NCBI GenBank assembly: GCA_016930555.1
Contig: JAFGGM010000071.1
Location: 1-58,619 of the forward strand
Length of the DNA: 58,619 nucleotides
Direction of reading: 5' to 3'
From: Candidatus Bathyarchaeum sp.
GTDB taxonomy: Archaea; Thermoproteota; Bathyarchaeia; Bathyarchaeales; Bathyarchaeaceae
In this document: piece by piece, positions 1 through 9,467 of the stretch
Layout of the letters: each line of letters starts with the position of its first letter
Position numbering within the stretch: position 1 is the first letter of the stretch
The notes under the pieces: generated by a model
What the model was told of the DNA's origin: nothing
What the model saw: only the letters and a program-made list of their open reading frames with translations
The model's database searches: none
Program-made: the position numbers and the translations under genes

Positions 1-85
1 CCGGGGTGACAGAGCGGTAATGTGCCGGTCTCGAAAACCGGTGGTGCCATGCGCCACAAGGGTTCAAATCCCTTCCCCGGCGCCA
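1..85 (+). tRNA. tRNA-Ser (anticodon CGA); first acceptor base lost at the window edge; 3' CCA genomically encoded
   Basis: Acceptor 3' strand CCCCGGC (75-81) pairs with (G)CCGGGG at 1-6. Anticodon arm CCGGT-CTCGAAA-ACCGG (25-41), anticodon CGA at 32-34. Long class-II variable arm TGGTGCCATGCGCCACA. T arm AAGGG-TTCAAAT-CCCTT (58-74). Discriminator G82, CCA 83-85. Confidence 0.9.
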
Positions 86-97
86 CTTCATTTAAAC

Positions 98-613
98 TTA
101 AAGCCGTGTTTTTTTCTTTGGTTTCCGTTTAAGTTCGGTTCCGCAGACTTCACAGGTTTCGTATTTGTAATCTGGTGGATATTTGCGATAGCATCCAGGA
201 CAGTATAGGGTCCATTTGATGCGCAACTTTATTCCGAAAGTCATTAGTGAAGTGAATTCTATGCCGATTTTGTTAGCTACATTCTGTATCGAGTAGTCAT
301 CGGTGACAATCAGTGGAGCTAATCCGTTGCCTTTCAGCTCCAAAGCAAGAGCCAGTACCTGTAAATCTGCCTCAGAGAGATAACGTATGTCGCCAACCTT
401 TCTGGAAGCCTCCTTAACTTTGCTAAGAGCGACGCTTTTAGGATTTTTAATGGTCAACTTGCCGCTTTCTACCGCGGCATTGAATCGCACCACGTTCATT
501 GACTCTGCAACGAGTTCATTCTTAACCTCTGGAACAGTGTACTGTTCCATGGGGACTGTGAGGGGGTCAAATCCGCCAATAAAAGCTGAAGTATCGAGGA
601 CAAGCACTTTCAT
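98..613 (-). CDS. nob1: Nob1-like endonuclease (PIN domain + C-terminal zinc ribbon), small-subunit rRNA 3'-end maturation
   Basis: PIN N-terminus MKVLVLDTSAFI and LIVTDDYSIQN. C-terminal CPGC-x12-CEVC ribbon. ATG at 613 is preceded by GGGTGGGAG, so it is preferred over the longer ORF start at 649. Confidence 0.8.
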   Translation of the reverse strand: MKVLVLDTSAFIGGFDPLTVPMEQYTVPEVKNELVAESMNVVRFNAAVESGKLTIKNPKSVALSKVKEASRKVGDIRYLSEADLQVLALALELKGNGLAPLIVTDDYSIQNVANKIGIEFTSLMTFGIKLRIKWTLYCPGCYRKYPPDYKYETCEVCGTELKRKPKKKTRL

Positions 614-774
614 ATGATTGACTCCCACCCGCTTCATGGTTGCACCCAAAATATGAAGGTGCGAAACTGGCTATTTTACGTTACTCGCTGCTTCTATTGT
701 CTAGGGGCTTTTTTTATGCGATAGATTATTAACAGAGAAATGTGTGAAATTCTTCTAATAGGAGAACAGATGAC

Positions 775-1167
775 ATGAGCAAACCTTCAGATGTAGGCGC
801 CCTACGAGTCGGCAGCTACATAATTATTGACGATGAACCCTGCAAAATAGTAAGCTACACTAAATCGAAACCAGGAAAACATGGCGCCGCAAAAGCCCGC
901 ATCGTTGCCATAAGCGTATTTAGTGAAGCCAAAAAAACCATTGTGAAGCCTGTAAGCGCACAAGTTGATGTTCCCCTTATTGACAAAAAAGTTGGTCAAG
1001 TTATTGCCTTGTTGCCCTCTGCCGTTCAGTTGATGGACCTAGAAACTTACGAAATGAGTGAAGCGCCTTACCCAGAAGACGAAGAACTGAAAAGCAAGCT
1101 GGAATCAGGCGTTGAAGTCGAGTTTTGGACTATTCTGGGGAGAACAAGAATAACCCGAACAAAATAG
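775..1167 (+). CDS. eif5a: translation initiation factor 5A (aIF5A)
   Basis: 130 aa. Hypusination loop TKSKPGKHGAAKARIV. Followed by deoxyhypusine synthase. Confidence 0.95.
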   Translation: MSKPSDVGALRVGSYIIIDDEPCKIVSYTKSKPGKHGAAKARIVAISVFSEAKKTIVKPVSAQVDVPLIDKKVGQVIALLPSAVQLMDLETYEMSEAPYPEDEELKSKLESGVEVEFWTILGRTRITRTK

Positions 1168-1231
1168 TCCCACTTTTCTGTGGCTACCTTTTTAAAACGC
1201 TAGTCGCAAAGCTTACTCGTTATAGTTAATA

Positions 1232-2182
1232 TTGTGGCGAGAAACTTTGAAGCGCGTAAAACATATTCAACTGAAAAAGGGCTTAACTGTAGGCGCCCTC
1301 GTTTCTGAAATGAATCAGTGTGGAGTGCTTGGCGCAGGAAACATTGGTAAAGCAGCCGAAATCGTGAAGGAAATGTTCAGCGACAAAGACTACACCGTGT
1401 TCTTGACTCTTGCAGGTCCTCTGGTTCCTGGGGGAATGAGGCAAATCATCAGAGATCTCATAGATCAAGGATATGTGCATGTTATTGTGACAACTGGGGC
1501 AAACATGGTGCATGATATGGTGGAATCTCTTGGTCACCGTCACTGGATAGGCACCTTTCTTGCTGAAGACGAAGAGCTAAAGGACCAAGATATTGGACGA
1601 ATAGGCGACATCTACATTGGACAGGATGCCTTCAAGGGCCTAGAAGAGTGGATGTACAAAACCTTAGAAAGTATACCTGAAGAGAAGAGAGAACGTATAT
1701 CCACCACTGAACTTCTTTACGAAATAGGCAAAAGAATCTCTGACCCTCAATCCATACTTGCTACTGCAGCCAAAAAAGGAGTTTCAATCGTAAGCCCAGG
1801 ATTCGTAGATTCCATAGCTGGCTTTCACCTGTGGATGTTTGGGCAAGACAAGAAACTGAGGCTAGATCCCCTCCTTGACACTCACAAGCTTGTGGACATA
1901 GTTTACGAAGCTAAGAAAGCAGGAATGATAATCCTTGGTGGAGGCTGGCCCAAACACTATGCCCTCTTTGCCAACACCTTCAGAGAGGGCGTTGACCATG
2001 CAATCCAGATTACAATGGATCGTCCAGAACCTGGTGGCTTAAGCGGGGCTACTTTGAAGGAGGCAATCAGCTGGGGAAAGGTGAAGCCTGAAGGAAAGGA
2101 AGTAACTGTCATCTGCGACGCAACAATAGCCTTTCCATTGATTATCGCTTCCGCCTTGGAAGCCATCAAAAAAACTCATTAG
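1232..2182 (+). CDS. dys: deoxyhypusine synthase
   Basis: 316 aa, TTG start. Motifs FLTLAGPLVPGGMR, VTTGANMVHD, GGGWPKHY. Active-site Lys context EAISWGKV. Confidence 0.93.
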   Translation: MWRETLKRVKHIQLKKGLTVGALVSEMNQCGVLGAGNIGKAAEIVKEMFSDKDYTVFLTLAGPLVPGGMRQIIRDLIDQGYVHVIVTTGANMVHDMVESLGHRHWIGTFLAEDEELKDQDIGRIGDIYIGQDAFKGLEEWMYKTLESIPEEKRERISTTELLYEIGKRISDPQSILATAAKKGVSIVSPGFVDSIAGFHLWMFGQDKKLRLDPLLDTHKLVDIVYEAKKAGMIILGGGWPKHYALFANTFREGVDHAIQITMDRPEPGGLSGATLKEAISWGKVKPEGKEVTVICDATIAFPLIIASALEAIKKTH

Positions 2183-2276
2183 AGTAGTCAAAGAAAGCTT
2201 TAGTTGAAGCCGATGATGTAAGAAGAGCCGTTAGATTTATGACGAAACGAGCAGTGCTGAGGTTTCAAACAACATT

Positions 2277-2705
2277 CTAGCTCTTTCTTGGGAACCGTAC
2301 CTCAAGTATGCCTCCGGTAAAGGAGATTTTCATCTTTTCTGAATCAAATGGTACCTGTATTCTGTCTTGGCAACGTAGAGCTGAGAACTCGCCTTGTCTA
2401 TGATAGATGCCCAAATCGGCGAACCGCACTTTCTTCTTCATTTTGGCTGTAATCTGGATTACCGTTTCATCTACTGCCTCAACTTTTACGGTTTCAGGTT
2501 CGATGTTTGGCATGTCAGCTGTGATAACAACCTCTCTGGATGTTACAAAAACATTGGAGAGGGCCTGAAGACAACATGTTTCTATGTTCCAGCTGGGACC
2601 TTCAGGGAATGTAGCTTCCAACAATTCATCTGCTAAAGCATCAAACACTTCCACGTACTCGCCCATTACATCAAAGATTGAGCGTTTTCGCGGCTTTTCT
2701 GGCAT
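2277..2705 (-). CDS. Hsp20/alpha-crystallin family small heat-shock protein
   Basis: 142 aa. Alpha-crystallin domain VVITADMPNIEPETVKVEAVDE ... KISFTGGILEVRFPRK. Confidence 0.85.
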   Translation of the reverse strand: MPEKPRKRSIFDVMGEYVEVFDALADELLEATFPEGPSWNIETCCLQALSNVFVTSREVVITADMPNIEPETVKVEAVDETVIQITAKMKKKVRFADLGIYHRQGEFSALRCQDRIQVPFDSEKMKISFTGGILEVRFPRKS

Positions 2706-2717
2706 TCCCGTTTTCCC

Positions 2718-3467
2718 CTAAACATATAATGGCATGTCATATTCCTGAGACTTCTTCATCCGACTCATCTCTTCCTGAGTTCGCTTCATTATATCTCTGG
2801 CCTTCAGTCGGATTTCTTCGCCCTTCTCAAGAAGTTTGGAAACATCAACATTGACGTCAAAAATCTTTGATAGCTCCTTCAATACAATAGCTGCTGCCTG
2901 CGGGTCAGGGTAGTTATAGAATGACTGGGCTAAGATTGCTATAGATGGAACATTGTTGTTGATACTATAGCGCATACTAAGGGCTTGAGGACCAACCATG
3001 TAGCCTTCATTCATTATCTTCACCCCACTTTTGGTTAACCCGTCAAGGAGTTCTTGGTTGGAGGCGGAGCCAAAAACTTTAGGCTCTGTGATTGCCTGCC
3101 TGTTTTCTACGGGGATGCCTCCCATCGAAATGATTCTTTTGACCTTCTTCGCTTGTCCCCAATCCACAATTTTTCGCATTATTGTATATATTGCGGGTGC
3201 AGGAACCGCTAATTCCGAGATTACTGCAATAAATTTTTGGTTTCCGTAGAATCTGAGAGGTGCACGGGGTAGCCCCTGATGCAAAACCATTACAGGAGGA
3301 AGGAGGTCTGAATCCATATATGCTATCTCTTCTAGGTTGAGTTCAGTTATTATGTAGGATGTTGCTATGAGACCTACAAGACCCACATCAGGAAGCCCAA
3401 CAATCATTGTAGCTTCAGAAGGTATAATCTGCTTTTCCACAATTTTAACTGCTTCTGACAATAACAT
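2718..3467 (-). CDS. PAC2-family proteasome assembly chaperone (PbaA/PbaB-like), paralog 1
   Basis: 249 aa. N-terminal GLPDVGLVGLIATSYII motif typical of archaeal PAC2/DUF75 proteins. Charged C-terminal tail ending DMPLYV. Confidence 0.8.
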   Translation of the reverse strand: MLLSEAVKIVEKQIIPSEATMIVGLPDVGLVGLIATSYIITELNLEEIAYMDSDLLPPVMVLHQGLPRAPLRFYGNQKFIAVISELAVPAPAIYTIMRKIVDWGQAKKVKRIISMGGIPVENRQAITEPKVFGSASNQELLDGLTKSGVKIMNEGYMVGPQALSMRYSINNNVPSIAILAQSFYNYPDPQAAAIVLKELSKIFDVNVDVSKLLEKGEEIRLKARDIMKRTQEEMSRMKKSQEYDMPLYV

Positions 3468-3605
3468 TCCCTGTCTTAATTACCTCTCACGATGAGTTTA
3501 AGCCTTTTCATAAACCTTAAATTAAGAAACCGCAACAATAGCCTGCCAATCAGTGATGGCTTGTTCACACTTCTGTGCCTGCTGCTCACACCTTCTGTCC
3601 GCATA

Positions 3606-3664
3606 TTAGGAGCTTAATAGAGGTATATTGTTGAAAACAGTCTTTTGTCTGAAATTCAACAGCA
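3606..3664 (+). repeat. conserved ~59-nt intergenic element, copy 1 (core ATTGTTGAAAACA)
   Basis: TTAGGAGCTTAATAGAGGTATATTGTTGAAAACAGTCTTTTGTCTGAAATTCAACAGCA. Aligns to the reverse complements of 22954-23012 and 36226-36283. Confidence 0.8.
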
Positions 3665-3824
3665 AATCACACATATAATCCCTCTAGTTCATACAACCTT
3701 CGGTAAACCATACATCGGGCTATTTAGACCTGTTTTACTGAAAAGCCCTAACAAAATCTCGATTGTCTGATTCGATTTAGGCAAACCATCATTAATGTGG
3801 GGAAAAATGATGTGCTGTAAGCTA

Positions 3825-3838
3825 AATACCTATAAAAG
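3825..3838 (+). promoter_or_regulatory. putative TATA box of srp54 promoter
   Basis: AATACCTATAAAAG about 30 nt upstream of ATG 3867, implying a very short leader. Confidence 0.4.
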
Positions 3839-3866
3839 GCGAATCTACTCTTAAGTGGGAGAAATC

Positions 3867-5192
3867 ATGGTTCTAGACCGTCTCGGCTCCTCGCTAAACG
3901 ATGCCCTAAAGAAGGTTTTCCGAGCACCAGTTATGGACGAAAAAACCGTAAAGGAGCTTTGCCGCGACATCCAGCGGGCGTTACTCCAAGCTGACGTCAA
4001 CGTCAAACTGGTTCTTGAAGTTTCAAAAAGAATAGAAGATCGGGCACTACAAGAGAAAGTTCCACCCGGAGTATCCAGAAGAGAGCACGTAGTAAAAGTG
4101 GTTTACGAAGAACTAACACGTTTTCTAGGCGAAAAGCCTGCCACACTAAAAATAGAACCTGGAAAAAGAAAAACCATCATGCTTGTGGGAATTCAGGGGT
4201 CAGGAAAAACCACTGCCTCAGGAAAACTGGCAAAATATTTCCAAAAAAGAGGTCTAAAAACTGCCCTGATCTGCACCGACACTTATCGACCCGGAGCCTA
4301 CGACCAACTGAAGCAGCTGGCAAGCAGAATAAATATTCCCGTATACGGAGAACCAAAAGAAAAGAAGTCCGAAAAAATTGCCATGAGAGGCTTGAAACAA
4401 TTCAAAGACTATGAGCTTGTCATCGTTGACACTGCTGGTCGCCACAAAGAAGAAAAAGGCTTAATCGATGAAATGAAGCGTCTAGAACAAGTAATCAAAC
4501 CAGACGAAGCAATTCTGGTCATCGACGGAACAATTGGTCAACAGGCAGCTGTGCAGGCAAGAGCACTCCACGAAGCCACACCCATAGGCTCAATTCTCGT
4601 GTCGAAGCTTGATGGCTCTGCTAGGGGAGGCGGCGCCCTTTCTGCTGTGGCTGCCATCGGATCGCCCATAAAATTCATCAGTTCAGGAGAAAAACTTGAG
4701 GACATTGAACCCTTTATTCCTTCCAGATTCGTAGGCAGACTACTGGGAATGGGAGATCTTCAGAGCTTAGTTGACAAAGTGCGCGATGCAGAAGTCAAAG
4801 TGCCTGAGAAAAAAGCTCGCGCCTTTCTGAGTGGAAAATTCACCCTTACGGACATGTATGAACAGTTCGAATCTATGAAGAAAATGGGTCCCTTAAGCGG
4901 TATCTTGAAGATGATTCCAGGCATGGGTTACAACATCCCAGATGAGCAGATGAACTTGGCTGAAGACGCCCTCAAGAAATTTCGGGTAATAATTCAATCT
5001 ATGACACCAAAGGAAAGAGAGAAACCTAAGATTCTTTCATCATCTAGAATCCGCCGAGTTGCTCGAGGGTCCGGCACCACAGAGAAGGACGTAAAAGACC
5101 TGATAAAACAATATAACCAAACGAGAAAAATGATGAAAAGCTTTAGAAGAAAGAAGCTTCCCTTTTTCGGAAAAGGTCTTCCCAGAACCTAA
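3867..5192 (+). CDS. srp54: signal recognition particle protein SRP54
   Basis: [17 protein letters not shown]-terminus. GTPase motifs [19 protein letters not shown]. Met-rich M domain [18 protein letters not shown] 3867 with GGGAGA upstream is preferred to GTG 3855. Confidence 0.95.
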   Translation: MVLDRLGSSLNDALKKVFRAPVMDEKTVKELCRDIQRALLQADVNVKLVLEVSKRIEDRALQEKVPPGVSRREHVVKVVYEELTRFLGEKPATLKIEPGKRKTIMLVGIQGSGKTTASGKLAKYFQKRGLKTALICTDTYRPGAYDQLKQLASRINIPVYGEPKEKKSEKIAMRGLKQFKDYELVIVDTAGRHKEEKGLIDEMKRLEQVIKPDEAILVIDGTIGQQAAVQARALHEATPIGSILVSKLDGSARGGGALSAVAAIGSPIKFISSGEKLEDIEPFIPSRFVGRLLGMGDLQSLVDKVRDAEVKVPEKKARAFLSGKFTLTDMYEQFESMKKMGPLSGILKMIPGMGYNIPDEQMNLAEDALKKFRVIIQSMTPKEREKPKILSSSRIRRVARGSGTTEKDVKDLIKQYNQTRKMMKSFRRKKLPFFGKGLPRT

Positions 5193-5249
5193 AATAACAA
5201 ATTGGAAGCTGATAGACAATTTACCACAAAATAAACCGAGGAGAATTTA

Positions 5250-6578
5250 ATGGAAATACTTGAAAAAACGCATGAAATGCTTGAAGCGCATCCTCTCTGT
5301 GACCACTGTTTAGGACGTCAGTTCGCTCTCCTCGGCTATGGACTGGATGACCAGCAACGGGGAAAAACCCTGAAGCTTCTTTTAACAATGAAGAATCACC
5401 AGTTGGCACTTTCTGGCAAAAAAGCAGGCTTTTCAAATCTCCGACTCCTTGCAGTAAACGGCTCATTCGATATGGCTGCTGAAATCCTCAAGAATATGAG
5501 AAAAAGAGCCAGAAAAAAGAAGGAATGTTACCTGTGCCAAGGTCTATTTAAGAACGTGGATACGCTGGTAGAAAACGCTCTAAAAGTCCTTGAAAACTAC
5601 GAGTATGCTACCTTCCTCGTTGGAATAGAGCTGCCAACAATAGTTGAGGAAAGGGAAGACGAATTCAAAGCGCGCTTCGAGGTCGCCTACGGAGAGAGCA
5701 TGCGAAACGAATTCAGCCGCGACATCGGAAAAAAAATCGTCAAAGCAACAGAAAAGCCAGCTGAATACAAAAAACCAGATGTTGTTGTACTGGTCAGACC
5801 CTTCACTGGCGAAGTAATTCTTCAATCTAACCCCCTATATGTCCGCGGAACATACAAGAAACTTCTTCGCGGCATTCCTCAATCCATGTGGCTATGCAGA
5901 AGCTGCGGAGGTAGAGGATGCCCAAAATGCGATAACACAGGAAAACAGTATTCCGAGTCTGTTGAGGAAATTATTGCAGGACCCATTCTGAAGAAAACTG
6001 GTGGAGAAAATGTATCCTTTCATGCTGCTGGACGAGAAGACGTGGACGCTCGAATGCTGGGAACAGGCAGACCTTTTGTTATAGAAATCAAAAAACCACG
6101 AAAACGATTCCTAGACCTCAAGAATCTCACAGAACTTGTTAACAAGGATGCTCAAGAAAAAGTCGAGATTTCAATTCTTTGTGCCGCCACAAAAGATGAT
6201 GTTAGGCAATTAAAGAGGGCTGAGGGCGCTCAGAAGATATACAAAGTATTCATCGACTTTGAACGCAATGTTTCTAATGAAGAGTTAGATGCTGTAGCAA
6301 AAACTTTGACCAAAGCTAGCATTCGACAACAAACACCTTTACGTGTTTTGCATCGAAGAGCGGACCTAATTCGGGAAAAGTACATATATGAGGCACATCT
6401 TAAGAGGTTGGCGCCTAACCGCGCAGAGATGAAAATACGTTGTCAAGGAGGACTTTATATTAAAGAATTGGTAAACGGGGATGAAGGGCGAACAATCCCT
6501 AGTGTAGCTTCTATCCTCAACGTAGAATCTAAACCTCTCGAGTTAGACGTTTTGAAGGTTATCATGGAGGAATCATAG
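5250..6578 (+). CDS. pus10: tRNA pseudouridine(54/55) synthase Pus10
   Basis: 442 aa. N-terminal zinc module CDHCLGRQF ... CYLCQG. Second Cys cluster CRSCGGRGCPKCDNTG. Catalytic region AAGREDVDARMLGTGRPFVIE. Confidence 0.9.
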   Translation: MEILEKTHEMLEAHPLCDHCLGRQFALLGYGLDDQQRGKTLKLLLTMKNHQLALSGKKAGFSNLRLLAVNGSFDMAAEILKNMRKRARKKKECYLCQGLFKNVDTLVENALKVLENYEYATFLVGIELPTIVEEREDEFKARFEVAYGESMRNEFSRDIGKKIVKATEKPAEYKKPDVVVLVRPFTGEVILQSNPLYVRGTYKKLLRGIPQSMWLCRSCGGRGCPKCDNTGKQYSESVEEIIAGPILKKTGGENVSFHAAGREDVDARMLGTGRPFVIEIKKPRKRFLDLKNLTELVNKDAQEKVEISILCAATKDDVRQLKRAEGAQKIYKVFIDFERNVSNEELDAVAKTLTKASIRQQTPLRVLHRRADLIREKYIYEAHLKRLAPNRAEMKIRCQGGLYIKELVNGDEGRTIPSVASILNVESKPLELDVLKVIMEES

Positions 6579-6878
6579 TTGGGAAGAAAAGCGAAAGGTT
6601 TCCGTAGAAGAACCCGTTACCTCCTAAAGAGGAAACCCCGAGAACGGGGAAAGACGGGGCTAAGTAAAGTATTGCGTGAATATGAACCTAAAGAAAAGGT
6701 TGTGATTAAACTAGACCCTAGTGTTCACAAAGGAATGCCTCATCGAAGGTTCCATGGCAAAATCGGGGTTATCGCGGACAAGCGAGGGAGAAGTTACATC
6801 GTTAATGTGACCCAAGGTAAAGCAACCAAGGAAATTATCGTTCGCCCAGAGCACATTACCCCGCATAAGGAGGTCTAA
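6579..6878 (+). CDS. rpl21e: 50S ribosomal protein L21e (eL21)
   Basis: 99 aa, TTG start abutting the pus10 stop. GRKAKGFRRRTRYLLKRKPRERG ... HRRFHGKIG. Confidence 0.92.
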   Translation: MGRKAKGFRRRTRYLLKRKPRERGKTGLSKVLREYEPKEKVVIKLDPSVHKGMPHRRFHGKIGVIADKRGRSYIVNVTQGKATKEIIVRPEHITPHKEV

Positions 6879-6882
6879 AACC

Positions 6883-7221
6883 ATGGCACGAAAGGCTTTG
6901 AAGGAACGCATCGTCACTGTTCCACAAGTAAAAGAAGCCTTAGAAGCTATAGGTGAAGAACAGCTGGACCAGTTCCAGAGAAGATCCCTTGATTACACAA
7001 CAAAATTCACCAAAGTTGATTCCGACAAAGTGGACCTTATAATAAAGGAATTCGTGGAAACATTCGAAGTGGACGAAGAGGAAGCTGTGCAGATGGTAAA
7101 TGCTATGCCTGAGAGCATCCAAGAAATCAGGGTGTTTTTGGCGGGCGGTCGCAAGATAATCGAAACCTCTAAACTAGAAACAATACTCTCTTTTTTGAAC
7201 AAGTATAGAAAAAAGGAATAA
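6883..7221 (+). CDS. rpoF: DNA-directed RNA polymerase subunit Rpo4 (RpoF)
   Basis: 112 aa. Conserved position in the L21e-RpoF-DUF655-KsgA block. Helical HRDC-like profile (LDQFQRRSLDYTTKF). Confidence 0.8.
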   Translation: MARKALKERIVTVPQVKEALEAIGEEQLDQFQRRSLDYTTKFTKVDSDKVDLIIKEFVETFEVDEEEAVQMVNAMPESIQEIRVFLAGGRKIIETSKLETILSFLNKYRKKE

Positions 7222-7279
7222 GGACTTTTCTCATTATATAATATCTGACCTAATTGTACCATTTCTGGGGTATGAACGA

Positions 7280-7843
7280 GTGGAAAGAAGCGATAAGAGA
7301 TACGAAGAGTATGCTTATGTTTTGGATTATCTTCCTCACGGAAGACCAGGAACACGACCAGGATACAGAGCCGGGGCACTAATTCAGGTAGTTGGCGAAG
7401 AATATTTCACTTTTCTTGAAGCAATAGCTAGAGACGGTGTTGTTCTTAAAACCTCTGACAGAGTCTACGTTGGAAAAGATTCTCGAAGAAAAATAACTTA
7501 CATCATCGGAAGAATAAACTATGAAGACTTAACATCTAATTCCAAGATGGAACTCTCTGGAACAGTGGAAAAAATAGTAATTAACAGAGAACCCTGGTTC
7601 ATCAATTTCTTCAACACAGCACAAGCAATAACACCCAGAATGCACGCCCTAGAATTGATTCCAGGAATCGGAAAGAAATACATGTGGCAAATCATTGATG
7701 AAAGAGACAGAAAACCTTTCCAGAACCTCGAAGATTTACAGAACCGCGCCAACATGCCTACCCCCTCCAAGCTAATTACAAGAAGAATTTTGGAGGAACT
7801 AGCTGGCGAAAGCAAATATAGATTGTTTACGAGAGCGCCCTAG
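7280..7843 (+). CDS. DUF655 family protein (putative nucleic-acid-binding, OB + HhH)
   Basis: 187 aa, GTG start. EEYAYVLDYLPHGRP and LELIPGIGKKYMWQII (helix-hairpin-helix) are typical of DUF655. Confidence 0.8.
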   Translation: MERSDKRYEEYAYVLDYLPHGRPGTRPGYRAGALIQVVGEEYFTFLEAIARDGVVLKTSDRVYVGKDSRRKITYIIGRINYEDLTSNSKMELSGTVEKIVINREPWFINFFNTAQAITPRMHALELIPGIGKKYMWQIIDERDRKPFQNLEDLQNRANMPTPSKLITRRILEELAGESKYRLFTRAP

Positions 7844-8676
7844 TGGAAAACGTTAATCTTCTTAAAAGGGCGAAAGATCTTCTTCGCCTTTACGATATTT
7901 CTCCAAAGAAACGTTTAGGGCAAAATTTTGCAGTTAACTCAGGTATGCTACAGCGGTTTGTGTCCCACGCCTCCTTAACTGAAGATGATGTTGTGTTAGA
8001 GGTTGGACCAGGATTTGGCTTTCTGACACAATTTCTCTCTAGCAAATGCAAAAAAGTCATTGCGGTTGAAATTGACCCTCAGCTTGTACGCTTTTTGAGA
8101 ACACAACTTCAAAGCTTAAAGAATATAGAATTGATAGAATGTGACATCCTAAAAGTTTCTTTTCCTTCTTTCAGCAAGGTTGTTTCTGCTCCTCCCTACT
8201 CCATTTCGTCTCCCCTTCTTTTTCGTCTTCTAGAACAGCAATTTGAACAGGCAGTTCTAATTCTCCAGAAGGAGTTTGCAGAAAGGTTGGCGGCTTCGGT
8301 GGGAACCAAAGATTACGGGAGGCTAACAGTTAATATCTACTACAGGGCTGAGGTGGAGCTTCTGGATATTGTTCCCCGAACAATGTTTTATCCCCCGCCT
8401 GATGTGGACTCCATGATGGTACGACTGAAGCCTAGAGCACCCCCTTTCCCTGTGGATGACGAAGAAACCTTTTTTGGGATTGTAAAAACGCTTTTCACTC
8501 AACGAAACAGGAAAGTAAGAAACGGTTTGATTTCTTTCCTGCACCAGCAGCATGGATTAACTGGAAAAAAGGCAGTGGAATTGGCTGACTCCACAATTTA
8601 TAGCACAAAAAGGGTGAGGGAACTATCGCCAGAAGATTTTGGGATTTTAGCGGATGAACTTTTCCGTAAATTTTAG
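7843..8676 (+). CDS. rsmA: 16S rRNA (adenine-N6,N6)-dimethyltransferase KsgA/Dim1
   Basis: 277 aa, GTG start overlapping the previous stop (TAGTG). KRLGQNF, SAM motif VLEVGPGFGFLT, VVSAPPYSISSPLLF. Confidence 0.93.
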   Translation: MENVNLLKRAKDLLRLYDISPKKRLGQNFAVNSGMLQRFVSHASLTEDDVVLEVGPGFGFLTQFLSSKCKKVIAVEIDPQLVRFLRTQLQSLKNIELIECDILKVSFPSFSKVVSAPPYSISSPLLFRLLEQQFEQAVLILQKEFAERLAASVGTKDYGRLTVNIYYRAEVELLDIVPRTMFYPPPDVDSMMVRLKPRAPPFPVDDEETFFGIVKTLFTQRNRKVRNGLISFLHQQHGLTGKKAVELADSTIYSTKRVRELSPEDFGILADELFRKF

Positions 8677-8864
8677 ACAGATTTTTATCCCAAAAATGTA
8701 ATACTGTTTTCACCTTCAACTCCCCCTAACTTGCATTCACTAAACATAGAACCCCTGTAACAAATATCTTCTGTTCCTATTTTTTACAGATTGTTAAGCC
8801 AAATATAGAATAGTTTTTATAATATCTGCTCAACTATGATGGCAGAGCAGGTGAGAAATAGACA

Positions 8865-9362
8865 ATGAAGGCTCGTAACTATCGGGAAGTAAAGGGCCAA
8901 GCCTATACACGGAAAAAGTACATCCGAGGCTCTCCCTCATCAAAAATAGTGAAATTTACTATGGGCGATACATCAGGCAACTACAAGTATCAAGCCCGAT
9001 TGATCGCCGAGAGAGCAGTTCAAATTCGTCATAACGCTTTGGAAGCTGCACGTATAGCATCCAACAGGGTTCTTAATGAAAAACTGGGAAACAGTTACCA
9101 TTTGAAAATTTTACCATTCCCACATGTTGTGCTGAGAGAAAACAAAATGATTTTTGGAGCCCACGCGGATCGCCTTCAAGACGGAATGCGTAACTCTTTT
9201 GGCAAAGCCATAGGGCTCGCAGCTAGAGTGAAACCAGGACAATCCCTTATAATTGCCGACGTAAATGAAGATGGTCTTGAGGCTGCCGCAACGGCACTGA
9301 AACGTGGAAGCGCCAAATTACCCACACCTTGCCGTGTGGTTATCGAAAAACTCGGGGATTAG
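8865..9362 (+). CDS. rpl10e: 50S ribosomal protein L10e (uL16)
   Basis: 165 aa. ARNYREVKGQAYTRKKYIRGSP ... LRENKMIFGAHADRLQDGMRNSFGK. Confidence 0.93.
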   Translation: MKARNYREVKGQAYTRKKYIRGSPSSKIVKFTMGDTSGNYKYQARLIAERAVQIRHNALEAARIASNRVLNEKLGNSYHLKILPFPHVVLRENKMIFGAHADRLQDGMRNSFGKAIGLAARVKPGQSLIIADVNEDGLEAAATALKRGSAKLPTPCRVVIEKLGD

Positions 9363-9467
9363 CTGAGGGAGTAGATTGCAGGGGTCTACCCATGAGGGCA
9401 GGACTTGCAAGAAAGAGAAACTCCTTCCATTATTTTATGTTCAGGAAATCAGTAATCAGTATGGGGT

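Noticed and set aside
20-208. 62-aa plus-strand track ORF at the left edge
   Set aside because: It overlaps the tRNA-Ser gene and the 3' end of nob1 on the opposite strand. No protein motifs; an artefact of ORF calling.
3468-3866. Possible SRP RNA or C/D-box sRNA in the 400-nt spacer upstream of srp54
   Set aside because: The region is A/T-rich with no extended GC helices or recognisable SRP helix-8 motifs. GTGATGG/ATGATGG strings are not paired with properly spaced CTGA D boxes. Only the 59-nt repeat is retained as a feature.
8495-8719. 74-aa minus-strand ORF with a GGGGGAG/GAAGGTG-like leader
   Set aside because: It is almost entirely antisense to the well-supported ksgA 3' end. Composition is not protein-like, and no motif was found.
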